From contig JBHGNT010000022.1 in NCBI GenBank assembly GCA_043228905.1, positions 11,904,001 to 11,968,000 on the forward strand: DNA of 64,000 nt. Direction: 5' to 3'. A model generated the notes under the pieces. The model worked only from the letters and a program-made list of their open reading frames with translations. It was not told where the DNA came from and searched no databases. Shown here piece after piece: positions 1 through 11,215 of this stretch. Source of the DNA: Azolla caroliniana (Eukaryota; Plantae; Polypodiophyta). Within the stretch, counting starts at the first letter, position 1; each line of letters begins with the position of its first letter. Both the position numbers and the translations under genes were made by a program.

Positions 1-1451
1 TTACGGTGATTATTTTCATGTGGAGGCAAGGGTTCTTGCTGAATTTCTTGTTTTATATTTAACTGGCGCAGCAACCTGGTTAATTGAAATTTATCATTCT
101 ACAGGGGCATTGGGATGTTTATCCATTGGTTGGCAAAGAAACACCCAGTTGTGTGGTTCGGGTTTTTGTTAATGTTTCCTTCTCCAAGAAAACAGTCTGG
201 AAAGGTAAAATATTGACGATTTTGTCAATACACAGTGGTAAAGCATTGACTTTTTTGTTATGAAAAGAATCTGTATTTACCTCTGTAGTTTGAGTGGCAT
301 ATGTTTCTTGTATAAGTCATCTTGCGTGTAAAGCTACATGACACTATCCATTATTATGGACGAAGTGATGAAATTTCGATGATTGTAGTGCATTGACTTC
401 AATTATTTAACAGGTAAGATCGAGCAGGGCACTTTTGAAGAATGTAAGGAGGTTTATGGCACTTGGTTGGGTGAGGTAATGATCTTATATAAGGGCAGGA
501 ACCACTTGTCTGCATGTCTTGGAGCTAGTTATTTGATGCAGAAGCTATATTGCTACATATGTTTTTGCTCTTTTTTTTACCTGGCACATGTTTTTTTCCT
601 TTTTTTACCTGGCCTTGGCTCCTGCATATCATGCACCATTTACTCACCATGTTCATTGTGTTCTAATTGAAAGTTGATGAACAATAAACTGATGGATCCC
701 ATGGTTCAGGCATTTAAATGTTTGCAGGAGAAAGGTTTGATTGATAGTAAACCAATAAAAGTTGACAATGTCAGCCAGACTAATGCGATAGGTAATTGCT
801 CTTTATGTTCGTTCTCTTGTAAATCTTATGGTAATTACATTTTTTCTTGTCCAAACTCCCAACTGGAATGCCAAACAGATGCCATTTTCTGATGCATATC
901 ATGCATGTTATATTGTTTTAGGATCTCCAAGAACAAAATCAAAAGTGAAACGGAAGTCTGAACTTGGAAATGGGCAAATTCAAGGCCAAGAGAAAGTTTC
1001 AACACCAGCATCCCAGGAAACTAAACAAATGCTCATAACTTTGGCTTCACAGCCAAGTAAAGAATCAGACGTTCTGCAGCAGCATGATGATTTTGTAACT
1101 CGTCTTGGCTTTACCGACTCAAAAAAGCTTATTGTTGTTATCTGCATATTGGCAGTATTGGTACTCATACAGACAGGGATTATTATAACTCTATCAAGTT
1201 CATCAAAGGTGCAATATGTACCCATTAGCCTACAAAAGCGTGCCACAGTTTACTATGAGTCATTTGCTGGGAATTCTCAACGACGTGATTTAACATGGCT
1301 GGAAGATTCTGCAAGGCTATTGGAAGAAGAAATAAACATAGCAGAGGCACGAATAGAGAGTTTGCAGAATTCCTTGGGTATCTTGAAAAGCAATTTCAAG
1401 TTGGTTGAGAAGTCGGTTTATAATTCAGGATTAGCTCCTGAGATCACTTGA
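1..1451 (+). CDS. VAD1: 3' part of a spliced VASt (VAD1/StART-like) domain gene with C-terminal TM helix and coiled coil; exons <1-25, 105-204, 414-475, 710-791, 922-1451
   Basis: Manual splicing gives YGDYFHVE-GHWDVYPLVGKETPSCVVRVFVNVSFSKKTVWKG-KIEQGTFEECKEVYGTWLGE-AFKCLQEK..., resembling the end of the plant VAD1 VASt domain. Exon phases are consistent (GC-AG intron 26-104, then GT-AG introns). The last exon has a hydrophobic stretch LIVVICILAVLVLIQTGIIITL and a heptad coiled coil before the TGA at 1449-1451. Confidence 0.8.
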
Positions 1452-2387
1452 AATCCTAGCTAAAAATGCAGAAGCATTTATACAAAATCCACTAATCACT
1501 GTCCATGGCACATATCTTCCCTCTGTTGATCGAAGCATTTATACAAAATCTCTGAATCAGTATCCACATCAATCTGTCTCTTTGCTGAGAAAATATTCGA
1601 GATTGACGGAAGGGGTTTTCAAGGATTGCTATCCAAATGATGATGTTTTTTCTTCTGATAGTCTTAATACAACCATCACTGTACAAAGTCAATAAGCATG
1701 ACTCAAATATCATTGTGCATTGTATCCATGACATCTCTAAATACCTTGTTCATTGTTTTTCAAATGCTTCTCCTTTGAACATCAGAAGACATTCGATGCA
1801 ACAGCTTTCTTGACAAAGAGATAAAGGGGAAACTTCATGCATCTGTTTTTATAGAGTAAATGTTTTGCATTTTGGGCACTGCGAGCAATCACCACAATTG
1901 TACCAAGAGCTTTTTAATTCAACAAAAGCTTAAAACCTCATCATCAATTTTTTTGTGGTGACATTCTCATCATGGTCTATGTAGTATAATAATAATAATA
2001 ATATTTGTACGTAACCACCCGATTCTCATTTTCGAAAAACTAAGCCTCGACTTCTGTCATGGCACTGAAGCTTCACTACCTGGACGTTTTGTTTGATTAT
2101 ATTCTTGGTCTTTTATACCTGATTGTGTGATTGAACGTTCCGGAAATTTTCAAACTTCTCATGTTTGTGAAGATGCACGATGAGCTGATTCATGCTTTGT
2201 GGTGTTTAGGTTCAAGTGATTTCCTAACTATCGCAAATGCATGGGCATGGTTTACTTGATAAAAGACTTTATTTATTTATTTGACATTTGTAACCTCTCC
2301 ATTAATATCACAGAGCAACATGAGATATTGGTCTTTTCACATGGGATATCGATGATGAGAAGGAGTTTCCATACCCACAATTATGGC

Positions 2388-2514
2388 ATCATGTAATAAT
2401 TTGCATCTTGTATATAATTCTTTGTTCATCATGTGATAATTTGCATCCTGTATATAATTCTTTGTTCATCATGTGATAATTTGCATCCTGTATATAATTC
2501 TTTGTTCATCATGT
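2388..2514. repeat. Tandem repeat, about 3 x 40 bp (atcatgtgataatttgcatcctgtatataattctttgttc)
   Basis: Three near-identical units read directly. Confidence 0.9.
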
Positions 2515-3119
2515 CATACATGCAAGTATTATATTGGAAATTACTCCTAAATTAAAGCATGATGTCTTGCTTTTCACAATGTAGGTGTATGAAGATGAGT
2601 TGACACAACATGCACACACTCTCACACGAAACTATGATTTCACAAATTATAACTAGGTGTTCTAGGTTTTCCAAAATATTATAAAGAACAAGGGAAAATT
2701 ATATAAGTAAGTGAACTTTTATAAAAGTGGGAACATTATATAATATATATGTGCATACATACATCTGTTTGTTTTGGGTTTTGTCTTTTTATTGTTCATG
2801 AATACTTTATAACATAGTTTCATGATGGTACAACACGATACTTTCTGATCGGGAATTATGTAGTTCCAAAAATCATGGAGCACTTTGAAATTGTTACTTT
2901 CTCAAATTTGCATGCTCGTGATTGGGAAAAGGGTTAAAATATGGAAGATGATCGAGATATGCCAAATATGCAATGACCACGTGCAAATATCGAGGTTTTT
3001 TTGGACACTAATACAAGTATTATTGAACTGTGGCTTAGATACGATGAAGAGAACACAATTAGTTTGAAATCATAATTGAAATCATAAGCCTACAAAGAAG
3101 TGTGGACTCATTCACTTAA

Positions 3120-3630
3120 CAATCGATGTCGGTTGCCTATTTTCATGGGGATTAACAATGTGGGGAGCATTACATTCCAGTTTGATGTTGTATGAGGCAA
3201 ACGATGTTCAAGAGGCAATGATGGTACATAATAGAATATTGATATTGGTCAGCCCCTTTCAACAACCTCGAAAGCAGGTGTGATCTGTCCAGATATGGAA
3301 AACAATGACTACAATAACGTTATGGGCATTATGGAAATGTCGATGCAACCGACGTTATGATGCAACATATCAGTGTCTCTCAGATGTCTTGCGTGAGATA
3401 TGGGAGAACTTGGTGGCAGTAGTCCGCAGCCAGTATGACAACATGCAGGGTTCACCAGAGATTGTGAATAAGAGAAAGAAGAAGCTCCTTCACTTACGGA
3501 AAAAGTTACCCCTATTTTTTGAGTCAACTGAAGGGCCTCAATGGAACTATCAACTTCCATGGACCCTTTCTTGAATATCAGTGAAGCATGGCAAAGTGCA
3601 ACAATAAATTTTTATACCTTTTATAAAGTT
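3120..3630 (+). mobile_element. Degenerate 3' end of an L1-type LINE ORF2
   Basis: ORF 3305-3574 contains ITLWALWKCRCNRRY, resembling the W-x-I/L-W-x-x-R-N motif after the zf-RVT region of plant L1 ORF2. An AATAAA follows at about 3603. Confidence 0.55.
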
Positions 3631-4327
3631 CTAGCTTTGGTCTTAGGATTATGGTATATCATTTTACATGAAAATTGTAAGCTTTTGGGCACATAAGCTT
3701 AAGTTATAGCATTCACATGTTTTTCTTAATACTAATGAGGAAAATCTTTGAAGAAAAAAGAAGAAGTGTGAACTCATTAAAAGGGTAATAGACATGGGTA
3801 CCGCATTGGGCATCATTATAAAGCCTCTTGTCAATACACATCTAGACACCACCAACACAACCATTGGAAAAACTCCACACTCAATACTAACCCAAAACAC
3901 ACAGTAGCCTATTTTCCGTTACTTAATTGCAAGATAAAATTCAATGGCAAGGAATTCTAACTCAAGTTACCTCCTTTTGTCCCCTTTCGTGAAATCAAGG
4001 CTCGTTTGTGATTTGAGCACCTCGGTAGCTTTGATTTTGGCCTCTTCACTCCAAAAACCTCAATCTCACTATGTCCACACACACACATTGATGTAAATGT
4101 CTTCTCAAACCCCTAGGTTAATTACAATATCAGTTGACAATTAAGCTTGTTTGCAACAACAAAAAGCTTCAAAAACAAAGAATGATATTATTCATACAAA
4201 GGAGATCTTGTCAAATAGGATGGTTAAAAACTAACGGAATAATAATTAGTAAACAATGTTGGGGAGGTGAGGTTCTGGACAAGTCAAAAACATACATGCA
4301 AAAAAATCAAGATCATGTGTTCTTAAA

Positions 4328-4376
4328 TCAATAAGATATCATATGTTTGCGATGCCCATTGTCGTGATTGAGTCCG
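4328..4376 (-). pseudogene. Displaced C-terminal codons of MTPSL-A (..GLNHDNGHRKHMISY*), cut off by the Copia A insertion
   Basis: The reverse strand reads GLNHDNGHRKHMISY-stop, colinear with GLKHDNEHHKHTISC-stop of the intact paralogue. It joins the main body across the GTCCG target-site duplication. Confidence 0.9.
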
Positions 4377-4574
4377 TGTTGAATCTGGAGTAATGGAGGC
4401 GGACGAGCTGCTGTTTTCTGGCCTGCACAGAAAATGTCGAACACACACACAGAGGAAAAACAGAAAGAGAAAGACAAAACTTTTTCGGGGGCAAACGAAA
4501 CCCTCATTTCTATTAGTTTATATACCTATGCGTAAATAGTAAGAAATTACAGATTTGGCCTTTTCTTACTATCA
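4377..4574 (-). repeat. Copia A 3' LTR (198 bp)
   Basis: Direct repeat of 9330-9527; the PPT lies immediately internal. Confidence 0.95.
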
Positions 4575-4697
4575 ATCTCCCACTAAAAGGCCAAACTAGG
4601 GATCAACAAGGCTGATGGGGAGATTGAACAAGACCTACACATCCTACTTGATGAGTATGTTACACAATGTACAAGAAACAATGTGTAACCTCATGAC

Positions 4698-7600
4698 CTA
4701 AGTTATCCCCATCAAGTGGCAGCAATGCTCTAGTGCTTCGTGCGATAGAGCCTTGGACAACGCATCTGCGGCATTGTCTTGAGAGACAACTTTCTCAAGA
4801 CTAATATAGCCAGCAGCTATGCATTCTCGAATGAAGTGATATCTCACTCCAATGTGCTTGGTCTTCGCATGGTATACTGGGTTTTTAGCCAATGCAATGG
4901 CACTCTGACTATCACAAAACAATATGGGTACAAGCTTAGATATGCCCATGTCACAAGCTAATCTGGACAGCCATACGGCTTCCTTACAAGCTTCGCTAGC
5001 TGCGACATACTCTGCTTCTGTAGTGGACAGAGCAGTACATTTTTGGAGACGAGATCTCCAAGATATCGCACCTCCCATAAACTGAAAAATATATCCTGAA
5101 GTGGATTTTCTGCTGTCAGAGCAGCCAGCATAATCAGAATCTGTGTATCCGATGATGGATACAGTTCCACCACCTAAACATAGACACCTATTCTTAGTGC
5201 CACACAGATATCTTAAAATCAGTTTAACTGCCTCCCAATGTTTATTACCAGGATTGGACATAAATCTGCTCACAGCTCCCACTGCGAAAGCAATGTCTGG
5301 TCTGGTCGCTATCATAGCGTACATAAGACTCCCAACAACGGATTGATAAGGAACCTTGGACATGAATTTCTTGTCCTCATCGGATGTGGGGCAATCACGT
5401 GTGCTCAGATTTACATATGAAGGTAGTGGAGTGCTTAACGGCTTCGCATTCTCCATATTAAACCTCATGAGCACTTTCGATATGTACTCAGCCTGAGACA
5501 AGTAAATACATCGCTTACTCCTATCACGAGTGATACGCATACCAAGAATATGTTTTGCATCTCCCAAATCCTTCATGTCAAAATTCTGGCTCAAGTTTTT
5601 CTTTAACGAGGATAACTCATCCTTGTTTTTACCAGCAATAAGCATGTCATCAACATATAATATCAATGTGATAAAACTCCCATCTGAACAGTTTTTCGTA
5701 TAAAGACATGCATCTTCATTGCTTCTAGTACATCCTTGAGTCTTCATAAAGGCATCAAATTTCTGATACCATAACCTCGGGGACTGCTTAAGCCCATACA
5801 AACTCTTCTTGAGTTTACATACCAAATGTTCTTTTCCCAATACTTCATAACCTTCTAGTTGTTCCATATAAATGTCCTCATCAAGGTCCCCATGCAAGAA
5901 AGCAGTCTTCACATCCATTTGGACAAGTTCCAAATTCTGATTTGCAGCCAATGAAAGCAACATACGTAATGTAGTCATCTTAACTACAGGAGAAAAGGTT
6001 TCATCAAAGTCAATTCCATATTCTTGCTTGAAACCTTTTGCAACCAAGCGTGCTTTATACTTTGGAGAAGCACTATCAGATGTATACTTATACTTGTATA
6101 CCCATTTGCATGGCAATGCTTTCCTGTCCTTTGGCAAAGGTACTAAATCCCAAGTACCATTTTTATAAATGCTGTCCAATTCACTTTGCATGGCCTGTTT
6201 CCATTTCACATGGTCATTTACAGATATGGCTTCATTGTAACATGAAGGCTCACCGGCATCTGTTAGCATTACATAATCAGCAAACTTACTAGGTGCCTTG
6301 GGCACACGCATAGATCTCCTCAATGAATCCTGAACCTGAGTGCCATCAGGTTGTGCATGAGAACCCTCATTCTGAGCATCATCATTATGAGCATATTCTT
6401 GCTGAAAAGCATCATTTTGCACATCATTGTGCTGAGCATTATCATTTTGGGCATCTTCATCCTGGTTAATAACAGTTTTTTGTGACTGCGAAGCATCTAC
6501 ATCAATAAGATTTTTCTGTTTTTCATCAACAAAAGGCGTACTATCTTTAAATGCAACCTTTCTCACTTCTACCTCCTTTACGGACTGTTTATGCATTTTG
6601 TTCTCGTCAAAAACAACATCACTACTTCTGACCACAGTACGTGTGTCAGGGTCCCATAAGCGATATCCAAACTGTCCATCAATTCCGTAACCAAGAAATA
6701 TACATTTTCTGCATTTATAGTCTAATTTCTTTCTTAAAGTTTTTGGAATGTGTACATACGCTTCGCATCCAAAGACTCTAAGATGAGCATAATGAGGTGT
6801 CTTGCCAGTCCACACCTCTTGTGCCACTCTTAGACCTATGGCTGTGTTCGGTGATAGGTTAATCACATGGACTGCTGTTAAAACAGCTTCTGCCCAAAAA
6901 CCTTGCGAGAGGTTTGCATGGTGTAGCATGGAGACAACTCTGTCCTGGATGGTTCTATTCATCCTCTCAGCCACACCATTTTGGACAGGGGTGTAAGGAG
7001 CTGTGAACTCTCTCCGAATACCTTTAGACTTACAAAAGTCAACAAATTCGTGAGAGGTATACTCACCTCCATTGTCCGAACGTAAAGCCTTAAGCTTTAT
7101 GTCCTTTTCTAGCTCAACCGAACTAAGCCATTTTCTGAAAGTGGGGTATACATCATCCTTTCCCTTAATTGGATAAGCCCAAACTTTCCTAGTGGCATCA
7201 TCAATGAAAGTAACAAAATATAGGGCACCACCCAAAGATCTTGTGGGCATAGGTCCACAAACATCCGTGTGGACAAGATCCAATGGTTTAGTGGATGAGT
7301 TTACACTAGTCTTATGTGCACTTCTAGTTTGCTTACCATGTTGACAATGCTCACATAAGGCAAAATCAGAGAATGACAACTTAGGTAAGTGGCCATAACG
7401 AGATAGGATTTCCATGCCATTTCTTGACATGTGGCCCAAACGACCATGCCAAATGCTCGTCATTGGCTGGTCTGTGACAGCCAACAAGTGTTCCTTTTGA
7501 TGAACAAATAGAGGGTAGAGGGAACCAACTTTGTTCCCTTTTGCAACAATCATATTTCCTTTCGTTATACGAAAGGATTGAGAAGCAAACATCACCTTAT

Positions 7601-8849
7601 ATCCATTGTCATCAAGCTGACCAACGGAGATCAAACTACGAGTTAGTTGGGGAACATGGCGTACATCTTTAATGGTCAAATGAGCACCATCACTAAAATG
7701 CATTGAGATATCTCCAATGCCAATCACATCGCATTGATGTGAGTCTCCAAGTCGAACTTTCCCAAGCGACTTGGCTTCATAACATGTGAACCACTCTCTA
7801 TGTGGAGTCACATGAAACGATGCACCGGAGTCCAACAACCACGTATATGATGGAGAAAAGACCGTGTTCACCCCAGCATGTGTGCTAACATCATCTAGGA
7901 CCAAGATGTCCGTCTCACCACATGTTGCATTTACTTCCTCCGTTTCCAACGAGGAAGAGGGACCACTAGATTGTCTACCATGCCCTCTAGCATTATCTTT
8001 CTCCTTATTTTTAAGGGCATAACAATCTTTCTTAAGGTGACCCTTTTTATGACAGTAATGGCACTCCATATTTTTCTTCCTAGATTTGCTTCTACCTCTA
8101 TCATTTCCACCACTATTTCTTGTTTGGCTCCTACCACGTTGTTGGTTCTTGCGAGGACCAACATCAGAAACATTATATGCATCTCCATTGTGTGATGCAA
8201 TCACAGATTTTCTACGAATTTCTTCACCCAAAAGAGCTCCACATATGTCATTATAGACTAATTTCCCATTTGGTGCACTTGCACTAATAGCGGTGCAAAA
8301 AGTGTTCCATGAGCTAGGCAAAGTGCATAACAAAAATACACATTTCAACTCATCATCAAAAATCATTTTCTGAGCCAGTAATTGTGACCATAATGCATCA
8401 AAATCATTCAAATGAGAAGCGACACTGTCATTGTCCTTCATTCGAAGATCATAAAGTTTTCTCATTAGATAAACTTTGTTTGATGCGGTCGCTTTTTCGT
8501 ATGTACTGGATAGTTTAGTCCATAGCTTTTCAGCTGAGTCACAGTCCAAGACCGTGAAATACACGTTGTCAGCCAGGTGCAGTCTTATGGTAGACATTGC
8601 CAAGAGATCGAGCTCTTCCCAATCGTCCTTGGTCATGCCCTCGGGTCTCTTGGCTTCACCACTTATAGCTCTTAATTGCCTTCTTTGAATCAGGACATCT
8701 CTCATCTGATTCTTCCACAGGGCAAAGTTGGATCCGTCAAATTTACGGATCTCAAGGTGGTCTTTTCCACTCATAGGGTGATTTCTATGGGAATTGAACG
8801 AACCACCGCGTGAGGTACTTGAAACCTCGGACATTTCAGAGGCAGCCAT
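4698..8849 (-). CDS. Copia gag-pol polyprotein, 1383 aa (Gag, CCHC zinc knuckle, protease, integrase, RT, RNase H)
   Basis: Motifs in Copia order: CHYCHKKGHLKKDC, WLLDSGAS, WHGRLGH...CEHC, VHTDVCGP/LRSDNGGEY, YKARLVAKG, LYVDDMLI, YTDSDYAG, TKHIGVRYHFIRE. Confidence 0.97.
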   Translation of the reverse strand: MAASEMSEVSSTSRGGSFNSHRNHPMSGKDHLEIRKFDGSNFALWKNQMRDVLIQRRQLRAISGEAKRPEGMTKDDWEELDLLAMSTIRLHLADNVYFTVLDCDSAEKLWTKLSSTYEKATASNKVYLMRKLYDLRMKDNDSVASHLNDFDALWSQLLAQKMIFDDELKCVFLLCTLPSSWNTFCTAISASAPNGKLVYNDICGALLGEEIRRKSVIASHNGDAYNVSDVGPRKNQQRGRSQTRNSGGNDRGRSKSRKKNMECHYCHKKGHLKKDCYALKNKEKDNARGHGRQSSGPSSSLETEEVNATCGETDILVLDDVSTHAGVNTVFSPSYTWLLDSGASFHVTPHREWFTCYEAKSLGKVRLGDSHQCDVIGIGDISMHFSDGAHLTIKDVRHVPQLTRSLISVGQLDDNGYKVMFASQSFRITKGNMIVAKGNKVGSLYPLFVHQKEHLLAVTDQPMTSIWHGRLGHMSRNGMEILSRYGHLPKLSFSDFALCEHCQHGKQTRSAHKTSVNSSTKPLDLVHTDVCGPMPTRSLGGALYFVTFIDDATRKVWAYPIKGKDDVYPTFRKWLSSVELEKDIKLKALRSDNGGEYTSHEFVDFCKSKGIRREFTAPYTPVQNGVAERMNRTIQDRVVSMLHHANLSQGFWAEAVLTAVHVINLSPNTAIGLRVAQEVWTGKTPHYAHLRVFGCEAYVHIPKTLRKKLDYKCRKCIFLGYGIDGQFGYRLWDPDTRTVVRSSDVVFDENKMHKQSVKEVEVRKVAFKDSTPFVDEKQKNLIDVDASQSQKTVINQDEDAQNDNAQHNDVQNDAFQQEYAHNDDAQNEGSHAQPDGTQVQDSLRRSMRVPKAPSKFADYVMLTDAGEPSCYNEAISVNDHVKWKQAMQSELDSIYKNGTWDLVPLPKDRKALPCKWVYKYKYTSDSASPKYKARLVAKGFKQEYGIDFDETFSPVVKMTTLRMLLSLAANQNLELVQMDVKTAFLHGDLDEDIYMEQLEGYEVLGKEHLVCKLKKSLYGLKQSPRLWYQKFDAFMKTQGCTRSNEDACLYTKNCSDGSFITLILYVDDMLIAGKNKDELSSLKKNLSQNFDMKDLGDAKHILGMRITRDRSKRCIYLSQAEYISKVLMRFNMENAKPLSTPLPSYVNLSTRDCPTSDEDKKFMSKVPYQSVVGSLMYAMIATRPDIAFAVGAVSRFMSNPGNKHWEAVKLILRYLCGTKNRCLCLGGGTVSIIGYTDSDYAGCSDSRKSTSGYIFQFMGGAISWRSRLQKCTALSTTEAEYVAASEACKEAVWLSRLACDMGISKLVPILFCDSQSAIALAKNPVYHAKTKHIGVRYHFIRECIAAGYISLEKVVSQDNAADALSKALSHEALEHCCHLMGIT

Positions 8850-9329
8850 TCGGAAGCTAGGTAAACTTGGTCAATCCCAAATATAAACAACTAACAATAG
8901 TTGAGACACTACTCCCTACCTAGTCTCAAGCCGTGTTCTAGGGTAGGTATATGTGTTCGATTGAGGACAACACCTCTTTCTTATATCAGCCAAGGTAAAA
9001 TGTCTGTAACCAAGACGTAACTTCAACGTCACAAACTCACATCAAGTGAGCAAGCATCGAAAGGAAAAAAAAAGAAACCAAACACAGGTTCTTTTGCGTG
9101 TAAATCCTCACTTCTGAAACAACAAGTCTTCTCTGTTTCTACCTTCCACCAAGGTCTATTTTTCCCCAAAAAATAGGCACACAAAAAAAAAACTGTTCAA
9201 GACGAAAACGTGTAGTAGATATTACCTCTGTCGAGGTCCTGAAAAATAGCATGCGCAGAGGGGGAAAACGTAGAAATGTAGATGCTTGTTGCTACACACA
9301 GTCTCACAAAGTCCACGCTCTGATACCAC

Positions 9330-9527
9330 TGTTGAATCTGGAGTAATGGAGGCGGACGAGCTGCTGTTTTCTGGCCTGCACAGAAAATGTCGAACACACA
9401 CACAGAGGAAAAACAGAAAGAGAAAGACAAAACTTTTTCGGGGGCAAACGAAACCCTCATTTCTATTAGTTTATATACCTATGCGTAAATAGTAAGAAAT
9501 TACAGATTTGGCCTTTTCTTACTATCA
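9330..9527 (-). repeat. Copia A 5' LTR (198 bp)
   Basis: Direct repeat of 4377-4574; the PBS lies immediately internal. Confidence 0.95.
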
Positions 9528-10587
9528 GTCCGTAACGACATGTTTCGAAGGACCACTGAAGCGTGCCGGACATACACGACACCATCGTCGCCAAGTACGC
9601 ATTGAGCTTCGGCTCCCTTTGTATCAACTCCTCCTTCTGTTGTATGGCATCAACTACTTGTGCACAATGAGCATCCACACGATCCATCATATCCACCACA
9701 ACTTCCACCACATCCTGGAAGGACCCGAATGCACCGCTCTCGTACATGACCCACGGAAGGTTGAAATTGTAACCGAGGGACGCCTCCATGTGGCACGACA
9801 CGATGTCGTTGCACATACATATGTAGTCTAAAACAAGGTCTCGGAACTCCTCGACGAGCCAGCGGAGATGGATGGGATCCTCATCTAGGCCTAACATGTA
9901 GAGGACTAGCTCGAAACCCACAAGGAAGCCCGAGGAATGCCGGCGAATAGCCATATATTCCTCCATGTTCTTGTTCATATCGCCTCCCTCCTCGTGCCGC
10001 CAAAATGCTCAATTGTTTGTGGGTTGAAGGCAGACGGCATGAAGATGATCTTGCATGACCGATATGAAGCGTGACCGCACTTGTGGGACAAGCCGAGATG
10101 ACATCTTGCCCCATAGTTCCCCCAATGCATCTAACATGATTAAGATCTGGGCACGGCAGTCACTCAAATTGTCGAAAAGTACGACATTGCTAGGAGATTG
10201 TGGGTCGCGAAGTTTAGAAAGAACCGATTGTGCCCAAACATTGGTGGTAGATGGAGGACCATGATCATGAGACCCCATGAAACCATGATCTTTGGTACCG
10301 AGTAACAAGGGGCCATTGTCTTCTATGTCGTCTGACAAGAACAACCAAGCAATGAACTTGATGATGGTTTCAAGATCTCGGAGGTCGGTTGCTTCCGCAA
10401 AAAGGCGGCATGCATAGCGGGGGATGAGACAATCGAGGAGGAGCTGCTCGGAACCGGGGCAAGCCAAGTTAAGGATCCATGACTCACACACCATCCTCAC
10501 ACTCTCATATTGTGGGTACAATTTGGCTGGGAACGAGCATCGGATTGGCGGCAATGTGAAACTGGTACTACAAGTTGGGATCACCAT
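9528..10587 (-). pseudogene. MTPSL: MTPSL-A: intronless microbial-type class I terpene synthase-like pseudogene (in-frame stop at 10009-10011; 3' end interrupted by Copia A)
   Basis: ORFs 10009-10617 and 9466-9978 share a frame and together align with the intact ORF 40982-42436. Motifs: DDIED (DDxxD), IRRHSSG, NDIVSCHME (NSE), WSFETCRY (WxxxxxRY). The paralogue's CGA (Arg) is TGA here. Probable start ATG at 10587. Confidence 0.9.
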
Positions 10588-10904
10588 TGAGGAGGATACT
10601 CTAAAGGTTGATGCCAAAATGCCTATATATTATTGATAGGTATATGGTGAAAATATGGTTGTGTTGGTGCTTTTGAGATGTACTATGTCGATTTATGTAT
10701 AGATCACATTTTGAGAGTCCTTTTATAATAATACCAAATGAGATACCTATGTCTATATTGTCTCATGTGTCTTTCCCTTTTCTAATGAGTCCAAAGAGTC
10801 CCATATGACTTTTGTAGCCTTGAATTCCAATTATGACATGATTAATAGATTTCACAATTCTCGCGGTCTGTAATGCCTCCGTGTTTCTACTTGCTTGTCG
10901 TATT

Positions 10905-11215
10905 ACGGGTGCAATTTCATGGGGAATGAGCATCTAATGTGAAACCGGTACCGCAAGTTGGGATCCATGAGTCGCATTAGGTCCTCATGGTGCTCTCGGC
11001 ATTAAGTTGGGCCGCTCAAACGAGTGCTTGATGGGCGGGAGTGTGTCACCGGGAGCTTGTATCCAGGGATCGCGCTCCATCCGGTGCAATCCGGAGGAGG
11101 CCTGGGCAATTTTAAGTTGAGACCGGTAGCTTGGATTTGCCGCCATGGCTAAGATTTGACTACGGCCAACCTTACCTCAACATTCATGAGATTATTACCA
11201 TTGAGGATATGTACT
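10905..11215 (-). pseudogene. MTPSL-C: diverged 5' fragment of a third MTPSL copy, including the N-terminal extension region
   Basis: The reverse strand has IPTCGTGFT and (frameshifted) RCSFPMKLHP, matching IPTCGSGFI and RCSFPTKLHP of the intact copy. atcctcaatggtaataat matches the start region of the intact copy. Confidence 0.7.

Larger units (their letters stand above)
4377..9527 (-). mobile_element. Intact, very recent Ty1/Copia LTR retrotransposon (Copia A, Tnt1/Tork-like)
   Basis: Two 198-bp LTRs (4377-4574 and 9330-9527, TG...CA) that look identical by eye. 5-bp TSD GTCCG at 4372-4376 and 9528-9532. PBS TGGTATCAGAGC (tRNA-iMet) next to the 5' LTR, polypurine tract next to the 3' LTR, and one uninterrupted ORF. 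Confidence 0.97.

Noticed and set aside
467-921. ORFs 467-670, 674-892 and the N-terminus of 828-1451 as separate proteins
   Set aside because: They are intron read-through around real VAD1-like exons.
9466-9978. Independent 170-aa terpene synthase gene
   Set aside because: It is the in-frame downstream half of MTPSL-A after a nonsense codon, with an LTR-derived tail.
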